NCBI GenBank assembly: GCA_951406725.2
Contig: OX597823.1
Location: forward strand, 31,558,001-31,622,000
Direction of reading: 5' to 3'
Origin: Octopus vulgaris
Lineage: Eukaryota
DNA: 64,000 nucleotides
Shown: piece after piece, positions 54,800 through 64,000 of the stretch
Layout of the letters: each line of letters begins with the position of its first letter
Position numbering within the stretch: the first letter of the stretch is position 1
Program-made: the position numbers and the translations under genes
The notes under the pieces: model-generated
Database searches by the model: none
What the model saw: the letters and a program-made list of their open reading frames with translations, nothing else
Told to the model about the DNA's origin: nothing

Positions 54800-55225
54800 C
54801 GTTTGCCTGTCTTTTCTCGAAGCTTGCTTTTTCAGCGTTCATCACTTCACATCATCTGGGCGTAACAACCCTCACCGTTTGTTTTTATAGTTTTGTTCTT
54901 ACTGTCCTGTTTTTGTTACCACTTTAACCCTCGGCAAAAAATCCCAAATTTTATTTAATTGGCTTTGCGGGAAGGATTGCCTTAATGAAGTCGCATCTTG
55001 TCCCTACCTTCGAAACGCAAAGTAGATAAAACAGGGGACAACTGATGAAGGGAATGTTCTTTATGTTGCCTGTCTCATTTCTCTATTTGTTTCTTTCGTT
55101 GTTTGGAAAAAAAGTTCGTTTTCTATGTTTTCGTTTTTTTTATTCTCGTTTCTCATTTTCACGCTTTTTTTTTGACGTCCTGTACCCATATATGCATGTA
55201 TATATATATAGATATGTATGTATAT
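54800..55225 (+). mobile_element. pLTR-like repeat carrying permuted HHR family X3
   Basis: T-rich flanks; terminal gacgtcctgtacccatatatgcatg also found inverted at 34.0 kb. Confidence 0.5.
54993..55052 (+). ncRNA. Non-circularly permuted hammerhead-like ribozyme (family X3)
   Basis: GCAT-C-TTGTCCC ... TTC-GAA-ACGC ... GGGACAA-CTGATGA-AGGG. Confidence 0.75.
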
Positions 55226-55293
55226 ATGCATATATTTATATATTATTTATATTCTCTTAATATATAAAATCCGTTCTGTCTGCCTGTTTGTAT

Positions 55294-55569
55294 GTGAAGG
55301 CACGCGACCCAGTGATTAGCGCGTTGCGTACACGATCGCTAGGTCGTGGATTTGATTCCTGGACCGAGTATTACCTTGTGTTCTTGGGCAAAGCACTTCA
55401 TTTCACGGTGTCCCAGCCCACTCAGCTGTAGATGGATCACCATGCGACCCACTAGTCTTCCGATCAGTGGAAACGTTGGCCTGCTCGCCTACCCAGCCGG
55501 GTGGCTTCATTCTAAAGCTAAAGATAACAAAAAGAACATGCTAAGCGCATTGTGACCAGCGATGTATAT

Positions 55570-55572
<3 letters not shown>
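55294..55572 (+). mobile_element. Diverged S3-related SINE
   Basis: tgaaggc head, ttgtgttcttgggcaaagcacttcattt core, tail similar to the 10317 copy. Confidence 0.7.
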
Positions 55573-55616
<44 letters not shown>

Positions 55617-55764
55617 ATTTCGCTTATGCATTACGAAGCTATGTACATATACTTCAGAGCGAAGTGTTAGATGAAGATAGAGAAGTAATAAAAAACTAAA
55701 GTGACAAAGGAATACATGATTATCTATTGAACTTCGTTAGCCTACAACTGTTTTTGCTATGAAA

Positions 55765-56280
55765 TGCATGCATGTATGTATGTATGTATGTATGCATGCA
55801 TGTATGTATGTATGTATGTATGTATGCATGCATGCATGCATGCATGTATGTATGTATGTATGTATGTATGTATGTATGTATGTATGTATGTATGCATGCA
55901 TGCATGCATGTATGTATGTATGTATGTATGTATGTATGTATGCATGCATGCATGCATGCATGCATGTATGTATGTATGTATGTATGCATGCATGCATGCA
56001 TGCATGCATGTATGTATGTATGTATGTATGTATGTATGCATGTATGTATGTATGTATGTATGCATGCATGCATGCATGCATGTATGTATGTATGTATGCA
56101 TGTATGTATGTGTGTATGTATGTATGTATGTATGTATGCATGCATGCATGTATGTATGTATGTATGTATGTATGTATGTATGTATGTATGCATGCATTCA
56201 TGCATGTATGTATGTATGTATGCATGCATGCATGTATGTGTGCATGTATGTATATATGTATGTATGTACGTATGCGTATG
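55765..56280 (+). repeat. Interspersed (TATG)/(CATG) tetranucleotide array
   Basis: Seen directly. Confidence 0.97.
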
Positions 56281-56639
56281 TGGCTGTATGGTAAGAGGCT
56301 TGCTTCCCAACCACATGGTTCCGGGTTTAGTCCCTCTCCGTGGCACCATGGGTGTCTTCTACTATAGCCTCGGGTCGACCAAAGCCCTGTGAGTGGATTT
56401 GGTAGACGGAAACTGAAAGAAGCCCGTAGTGTGTATGTGTGTGTGTATTTGTATGTGTGTTTGTCCCTCTTCCATTGCTTGACAACCGATAGTGGTGTGT
56501 TTTGCAGATCGGCAAAAAAAAACCCCGATAGAATAAGTACTAGTCTTACAAAGAATAATTCCTGGGTCGATTTGTTCGACTATAGGAGGTACTCCAGCAT
56601 GGTCACAGTCAAATAACTGAAACAAGTAAAAGAATAAAA

Positions 56640-56643
<4 letters not shown>
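56277..56643 (+). mobile_element. SINE family S1
   Basis: Head, core and tail present. Confidence 0.88.
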
Positions 56644-56713
<70 letters not shown>

Positions 56714-56914
56714 ATATAATTTTAAAGGTATTTTTTGATATGCTGGCCATTGATAAAATGTTTTTTCGAAAAAAATTTTATCCTACATTAGTAATATATA
56801 TATATATATATATATAAACGGGAAGCTTTATGAAAATAAACAAAAGACGAAGGCAGGTGGAGTACAAACAAACAATTGCATTAGTATGGCGCTCAGGAAT
56901 ATAAATAAAACAAG

Positions 56915-56952
56915 TCTTTTACGTTTCGAGCCTACGCTCTTCAACAGAAAGA
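56915..56952 (-). ncRNA. Minimal type I hammerhead, CUGUUGA (A6U) variant, family H2
   Basis: TCTTT-CTGTTGA-A-GAGC-gtag-GCTC-GAA-ACGT-A-AAAGA. Confidence 0.75.
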
Positions 56953-57010
56953 TACACAGAAAAGAAACACGGAGAGAAACATATATATATATGAATGATA
57001 CTTCATGTAT

Positions 57011-57079
57011 CTTCGATGCTTAAGCCTGTTAGCCTTTGTCACTTAGTCTCATTAAGGTTAGCAGGCCGAAAATTCGAAG
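57011..57079 (+). ncRNA. Hammerhead-like motif with A3-U8 (and C6) core and long stem II
   Basis: CTTCG-ATGCTTA-A-GCCTGTTAGCCTT-loop-AAGGTTAGCAGGC-C-GAA-AAT-T-CGAAG. Confidence 0.45.
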
Positions 57080-57215
57080 TCTCTGTCATCACACTTCTTG
57101 TAAAAAACTAATAAACATGTAATCTTCAAAACTTATTCAGTAATTATTCAGTTAAAGGTTAAATTGTTTATATTATAACGACATAAAAACAAACATTTGA
57201 ACGTGTGTGTGTGCA

Positions 57216-57269
<54 letters not shown>

Positions 57270-57394
57270 TGTGTGTGTGTGTGTATGTTTGTGTGCGTGT
57301 GTGTGTGGAGTCATCGCGGATAGGAGTAAAAAGAAAAAAATATAGAAGTACATCAGACCATCCCTTCCCCACTTCTTTAGAGACAACAGAAGAG

Positions 57395-57425
<31 letters not shown>

Positions 57426-57643
57426 AGAGAGAATGAGAAGAGGGGGAATAACAAGGGAGAAGACTAAAGCAGGATAAGACAGTGCCTCTCCCCGTCTTCT
57501 TCTCTATACAAACCAAAAACTGACTTTTGTTCTGCCATCAAATTTGAACCATATTTAACAAGTGTGGGAACGTTGAGGTGCTTTTCATAAAGTTGGCTCC
57601 AATGTTTTATTATTATTGTTTATGTAACTTGTTGTTGTTGTTG

Positions 57644-57677
<34 letters not shown>

Positions 57678-58278
57678 TATTATTACTACTACTACTACTA
57701 CAACTACTACTACTGTTGTTACCCATAATTCTCATACATACATACACACACATAATACATAATACATACATACATACATACATGCATGCATACATACATA
57801 CATACATACACACGCAGCCAGCACTTTCCTTTCAATTCTGTGACGCATGAGCAACAACAATCCTCGTTATTGCGTTGTGGCTTTTATTAAAATTCTTATA
57901 TAAAATACGTTCATTGCATTCGTTTTTACGTCCGTTTTTCCATGCTAGTATGGGTTAGATTATATTACTGACGTTTTGGTTTACAGAGGATACACTTCCT
58001 GTCGCTTAACACCTATGGACGGCACAAATGTAGTTCCTCTAGGCAAAATATTAAATCACTGAAAGTGCTCAACGACTCTAAATAGCACTTGGTGCTATGA
58101 CTTTATAGATTTCAAGTTACCACATAAAAAATTAGGAGTTTTTGCCAAAAGTTTTTTCGGGAGACTAAATTACCTTCTGAGCAAATTTTGAAGTAAAAAC
58201 AATCACTCGCCTAATAACATATTACACGACAGCTGATAACACTTGTGTGTGTGTGTGTGTGTTAAAAAATAATGTATA

Positions 58279-58764
58279 GGCGCAGGAGTGGCTGTATGGT
58301 AAGTAGCTTGCTTACCAGTCACATGGTTCCGGGTTCAGTCCCACTGTGTGGCACATTGGGCAAGTGTCTTCTACTATAGCCGCAGGCCGACCAAAGCTTT
58401 GTGAGTGGATTTGGTAGATGGAAACTGAAAGAATCCCGTCGTATACATATATGTATATGTGTGCGTGTGTATGTATGCATGCATGTATGTATGTATGCAT
58501 GTATGTATGTATGTATGTATGTATGTATATATGTATGTATGTATGTACATATATATGTGTGTATGTTTGTGTGTCTATGGTTGTCCCCAGCCATCGTTTG
58601 ACAATTGATGCTGGTGTGCTTACGTCCCCGTAACTTAGCAGTTCGGCAAACAAGACAGATAGAATAAGTATTAGGCTTACAAAGAATAAGCCCTGGCGCC
58701 GATTTGTTTGACTAAAGGCGGTATTCCAGCATGGCCGCAGTCAAATGACTGAAACAAATAAAAA
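58279..58764 (+). mobile_element. SINE family S1, full length
   Basis: Head to tail. Confidence 0.92.
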
Positions 58765-59650
58765 CGTATGCACAAACAAACGGAAAACATATACACAAAA
58801 GGTCGCCAAATAGTCATCAGTTATTGTCCAAAGGATTCCCACAATTTAGCGCCTTTAACGATAACATTAGTCCCCTTTGGTAGCGCCAGCGACGACAAGC
58901 CGCCGGGAAATAACGAGCCAATGAACAAAGGACCAAACACGAAAGAAAGTGTACATACAAATATGAAATAAATATATCTTTATATATAAAAGTAAGGTTG
59001 TGTGTCTGTCTCCTACGATTTAGATTCCTAACTACTCCCACATTTTGCGGTGCAGTTTAACCAACACCGGGTATCTTATAGTCGTGATTTATATCGAGCC
59101 CTTCTGGGTATTAGCGCGCGTCTACGATGAGTCTACGATTTTAAAAAAAATTTACCATCATTTTTTTCATTTTAATGCATTTTTTCGCTATTATATAAGA
59201 GAAGTAACTCTCTAAAAATGTCTACGATGAGTCAACAATTTAAAAAAAAATTTACCATCATTTTCTTTCCATTTTTAATGCATTTTTTTGCTATTTTTTG
59301 GCTATAACTCTCTAAAAAATGCTTATATAGTTATTTCCCTTACAAACCCGAGCAACGCCGGGCGATACTGCTAGTAGTATATTACATACAAACGAAATAA
59401 TATTCAAGACGAGACGAATAGTGGACGGACATGGCACAAACACATAAACAAACTGGACGGAATGTGGACATACGAACGGAATGAAATGAATAAACGGAAA
59501 TACCGCCTTACGACTCAGACATTAGACGAAAATAAGGGTAACGCCAAGACGAGTATCCTAAAGGATAAAATAGAAACGAGAGGAATAGAATATAGGGAAA
59601 TATTGATATTTCCATATCTCTCTAAAGGAGACTACGGCAGCGGTACTGGA
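58765..59650 (-). mobile_element. pLTR-like repeat family X1 (interrupted by Helitron A), with degenerate permuted HHR at 58813-58870
   Basis: rc CTAAT-G-TTATCGT...C-TAA-ATTGT...ACAATAA-CTGATGA; homologous to 8980-9445. Confidence 0.6.
58977..59374 (+). mobile_element. Non-autonomous Helitron family A
   Basis: A|TC ... CCCGAGCAACGCCGGG ... CTAG|T. Confidence 0.9.
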
Positions 59651-59807
59651 TATTAATAGTTATCGCCAAGCTAACATGGCAGTCCAGGAAAATAGGACGA
59701 ATGCTGCCGTTGATTAACTCCAAGAGGCCATCGCCTCTAGCTAGTTAACGGCAGCATTCGTCCTATTTTCCTGAACTGGCATGTTAGCTTTGCGATAACT
59801 ATTAATA
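59651..59807. mobile_element. ~155-bp palindromic MITE
   Basis: ~60-bp arms tattaatagttatcgc...gctgccgtt / aacggcagc...gcgataactattaata. Confidence 0.85.
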
Positions 59808-59859
59808 AAGAGGATATATATATGTGACCGCGTGTGTGTACCGTTGGCGATTTTTTTTC

Positions 59860-60029
59860 CTGTCTTCCCTTCTCTGGATCTTTCCTTATCCTATGTTTTC
59901 GACGAAGAGCTCCACCCGAAACGTTAAACCCTCCTTCTTTCCTTCTTTCCTGAGCGTCCAATAATAATATATTTGTTCCACGTCCTCACGTTGATGTTTT
60001 TTTTTGTGCTTTCTTGTTTGGATTAACTA

Positions 60030-60030
<1 letters not shown>
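59860..60030 (+). mobile_element. Family H2 pLTR-like repeat, degenerate HHR at 59895-59929
   Basis: GTTT-TCGACGA-A-GAGC-tcc-ACCC-GAA-ACGT-T-AAAC; downstream tcctgagcgtc. Confidence 0.6.
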
Positions 60031-60107
<77 letters not shown>

Positions 60108-60108
<1 letters not shown>

Positions 60109-60574
60109 GAGCAAAATGCCCCCCGTCCAATGGACGGTGCTGAGTTGTCAAACATTTAAACCAAATTTTCTCAAAACAACTTGTCCGACCGTTCCATAGG
60201 CCTTCCCTTTGAGACACACTGATTTAACCTAAATTTGAGACGCCAGCAAAAGAAAAACGATTTTATTCCCACAAATATGCAACCGAAGAGTTTAAAGTAC
60301 CAGTAATGATAAGGCTGTTGACTGGGAGAACACAAACATGGTTTAAAAATGTAAAGAAGCAGCGAAGTCATGTAAGGTGCAGTTATGTACAGGTTGTCGG
60401 AAGAAAAGCAGGACAAAAACGGCTTTATCGATCGCATTCTCACCTGGAATCCATTTTTATACACGCCCTGATACCATCGGAATCTACATATCAAATTTGA
60501 GCGCAATCGGATAGAGGATTCCCGAGATTCTAGAAGACACACACACAGAGACAGAACAGATTTTATATAATAGA
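60108..60574 (-). mobile_element. Non-autonomous Helitron (family E)
   Basis: A|TCTATTATATAAAATC start; CCGTCC-att-GGACGG hairpin; CTCG|T end; related 5' stub at ~55253. Confidence 0.7.
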
Positions 60575-60670
60575 TATACATAGTTGAAATTTACAAAAAA
60601 CAAAAGACGAACACAGGTGTATAAACAACAAACAGGTGTATTAGTTTAACGCTCGGGAAGGTGAGAAAGT

Positions 60671-60706
60671 CTTTTACGTTTCGAGCCTACGCTCTTCAAC
60701 AGAAAG
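60671..60706 (-). ncRNA. Minimal type I hammerhead, CUGUUGA variant, family H2
   Basis: CTTT-CTGTTGA-A-GAGC-gtag-GCTC-GAA-ACGT-A-AAAG. Confidence 0.75.
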
Positions 60707-60832
60707 GAACACGAAGAAATAAACAGAGAGAGAATAAAAAAACAAAACTTTAGTGGCGGTGGTGCCCCAGCATGGCCGCGGCCTTCGGGATAAAACATTT
60801 TTAAGGATTTAAGGATTTAAGCTAGCGGTCAA

Positions 60833-60864
<32 letters not shown>

Positions 60865-60907
60865 ATCTATATATACGTACACATATACATACACATATAT
60901 CTAACTA

Positions 60908-61113
60908 CAGTAATCCCTCGCCATATTGCGGTTCACCTAACGTGCACTCAATTCATCGCGGATTTTTCTCGCTAATATATGTAAATTTATAGCGCAGACT
61001 CCTCAGTATATCGCGGATTTCTGCGGCCGATAGGTACTCATATTTTTTTTAGATTTAATTATTTCTGTGGGAGGGTTTAAAACGTAACACGCGCGATAGT
61101 CGACGGATTACTG
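60908..61113. mobile_element. pogo/Tigger-type MITE
   Basis: TA|CAGTAATCCCTCGCCATATTGCG / rc CAGTAATCCGTCGACTATCGCG. Confidence 0.75.
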
Positions 61114-61193
<80 letters not shown>

Positions 61194-61420
61194 TACGTGT
61201 GTGCGTGTAAGGTTGACATATACATAAATCTTTTTCTCTCTCTCTCTCTCTTTATGTATATATATATATATATATATATACACTCATATACATTTATATA
61301 AATGTACTTATGCACGTATATGTGTAAGATATATATGTAATATTAGTTGCATACGCATATATGTATATGCATATTATGTATGTCCATATATATAAACACA
61401 CACACATACAGATATGTGTA

Positions 61421-61460
<40 letters not shown>

Positions 61461-62479
61461 TGTGTGTGTGTGTAACCTTTACTGGATACGACGATTTAAT
61501 TTTAAAATCACTGTAAACATTTCCTACTTTAATAAGATTTTTTTTTTTTTTTTTTTTTTTTAGCCTGTTTTGATTTGGCCAAGCTCTTAATGTTTGGAGT
61601 TAAATTAGTTTCTGAGAGCAGCAGACAATTCTTCGAATTTAAATCAGTCAGTCATGACCGCGTTCTGTTTATCTTTTTTATTATTTTTTTTTTTTTATTT
61701 TTATCAGCTTCATGGATTAAAATGTTTATTCACCTCCGTAAGCCGTTTCCAAAACGACAGATGTAAGATTGGGTAAGAATTTTTTATCGACAGAAATTAT
61801 TATGTCAACAGCATCTGGAACTCAAGGAAATGCATCAGATTTGTTTTGAAGAATATATTGGATTGTCATAGAAATCCGTTCGCCTTTTTTCTTTTTTTCT
61901 TTCCTACTTTGGTGCTCCATCGCCATATCCCTGAAAATAAGTAAAATTTATTCAAATTCAATAAACAAAAGTTGTAGATGGAGAACAGAGCATAAAAGAA
62001 GATACCTTTCGTGTTAATTCAAATAACAGCGGAAAACATTAAAATATGAAATGGAAAAAGAAAATAAACGAATTTACCTGACAACTCAATATTTGTTTTC
62101 AAGCCAGCAAAGATTCACTCAAATATTACTAGGTCTTTTCATGGTATTTCGATCACTAAGTAAAAATGGGGTTTATAAATGCGAGTATGTAGACTTAAGC
62201 AAAATCACGATAACCACTTTGAAATGACTTAAATAGTTATTTGGAACAGAAAAGGAAAAAAAAATCATTTTACAGTCAGAGTGGCCAACTGCCCCGCAGA
62301 TATGAACATCTCTGCCAAAAATCAGTGTGTAGAAGAATATTTTTGGACAGCTACTTGGAAACCTCATACTTCCCTATTCAGATTTTAAATTTACATTTAT
62401 ATCAATAATTAATGGTACACTTACCTATTTGTAAATGCTTCAGTGACAGTCTGGGAATGCTATGATTTTCAAGCGAAGA

Positions 62480-63990
62480 AAGAGAACAGCTAGCACGCGC
62501 TTTTTGTGTTATTATTTATTGATATTTCCTTCAGAATGAGTACGTATATATCCCAGTTGTTAGTCCAGGATGAACGACTCTGGTTATTAATGTTGTTATT
62601 ATTTTGATACTTTCTGACAATGTTATCATACAGAGAATTTTTGTTCCTCTTCTGGTGACCTGTTTCAGTGGAACTGTGCAACATTTCTGGGTGTATATTC
62701 TTGGCCATCAATCGAGGAATGCATTCTGAGAAGCTCCTTTCCAACTTTTGATGTATGCAGATTTGATCCGTGGTTGGATTTCGACATTTGATGGTCTGTA
62801 GATCTTGTCAAGGGGATACAATGTGCCATTCAAAGGTTACTGGGTAGATGTTAAGCCTCAATCGTTTTGTTTTCGTTTTAATTAGGAGTAGTCTACACCA
62901 TTGCTGATGTTGAAATTCGTGATATGTGTTAACAATTTTGGGGTTGTAACGTCAATATTGAAGATCCCTTCTAGAATCCAAATGTTGAAGAACCCAAACG
63001 ATGGTATGAACATGGTACAGTAAAATAATTGTGGACTTTTGATTTATTGAATGTGAACAATTCCGAGGTCCATCTTTTCTTTATCCTGGTTTTATATTCT
63101 CTGGTTAAACGTTCCTTGATACAGATTCCATCAACATTATTTACATTGTTTACAATTGACGGATATTTGTCCTCATCTTGTTTGTTGTTAACACAACGTT
63201 TCGGTTGATATACCCTCCAGCCTTCATCAGGTGTCTTGGGGAAATTTCGAACCTAATTTCCCCAAGACACCTGATGAAGGCTGGAGGGTATATCAGCCGA
63301 AATGTGTTGACAATAAACAAGATGAGGACAAATATCTGCAAATGTAAATAATGTAAATAATGTAAATAATTCCTTATCTCTTAAATATAGAACTGTAGAT
63401 TCCATCAAAGTAAATATTTTCATCCATCATTAAGAACCTGTAGAAGTCCTCATCCAACATCATAGAAAAGCACAGACCATTCTTAGCTGTAGGGAAGCTA
63501 ATTGTTCTACAATCATTTAAGAACATCTATCCTGGCCAAATTCCATCTCCGTATCTTTTGGAATGTTATAACTAGATTAAAGCTTTTCTTTATACTGTTC
63601 ATACTCTTAGCAAATCACTCACAAACAAGCAATGCGTTAAATTAGTGCTCTTGTCTATTTGTGAAACAATTGCCCATAACATTTCCTTAATAAAAAAGAA
63701 AGACGGTTCAAAAAAAATACAAATAACGTTTTCTATACATCGTTGACGACAAATTTTGCCTGAGCATGTTGTTGGCTGTGTGTATTCCCTATTGACTACG
63801 CACAACGAGGCAGAAATGCATTTGGTATTCTCACTAGCAAATGCTTAGAAGATTTTCGTCTCTCCTGGTTTATATATGGTGTTTTTAAACACAGCACGTT
63901 CATAAAAGATATTGTCTCCGAAGGAACACCGCGGTAAATTTACCTTGCGTGGTGTTGTGGCTGTTTTAATCTAAAACTGCTAATGCTGCA
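62480..63990 (-). mobile_element. Decayed R4/Dong-like LINE (RT to C-terminus), interrupted at 63135-63396
   Basis: THCLFVSDL, EMEFGQDRC, DENIYFDGI|CIKERLTREYKTRIKKRWTSELFTFNK. Confidence 0.7.
63135..63396. mobile_element. Inverted dimer of the family H1 HHR tail with 12-bp TSD
   Basis: TSD agattccatcaa at 63123-63134 and 63397-63408; HHRs at 63190-63235 (-) and 63266-63308 (+, stem III deleted). Confidence 0.9.
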
Positions 63991-64000
63991 GTATCATAGA

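Noticed and set aside
58801-58812. TGGCGACC PBS-like motif (minus strand) suggesting an LTR element
   Set aside because: Not preceded by a TG...CA LTR, and the homologous copy reads tggggacc

Overview
Eukaryotic, AT-rich, microsatellite-saturated DNA. I found no host protein-coding gene; almost all ORFs in the track are translations of simple repeats. The SINE/LINE complement resembles an octopus (coleoid cephalopod) genome; this is an inference and no database search was run. Contents: a full-length decayed mariner plus a deleted copy; 5'-truncated CR1, RTE and R4/Dong-type (RLE) LINE fragments; a Penelope GIY-YIG remnant; at least 4 tRNA-derived SINE families; a head-to-tail cluster of non-autonomous Helitrons; MITEs and foldbacks. 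The main signal is a dense set of hammerhead-ribozyme (HHR) motifs in Penelope-type terminal repeats. (i) Three sequence-unrelated families (9.3/58.8 kb, 23.2 kb, 55.0 kb) carry the HHR core segments in a NON-circularly permuted, pseudoknotted order (UH+stem I -> GAAA+stem III -> stem I+CUGANGA), with fully covarying stems and near-constant spacing. (ii) Minimal type I HHRs show all four Watson-Crick pairs at core positions 3-8 (C-G, G-C, U-A, A-U). (iii) A composite of tRNA-Ile head + microsatellite + HHR looks like a Penelope-dependent SINE. All structures were paired by eye; ribozyme activity is untested.
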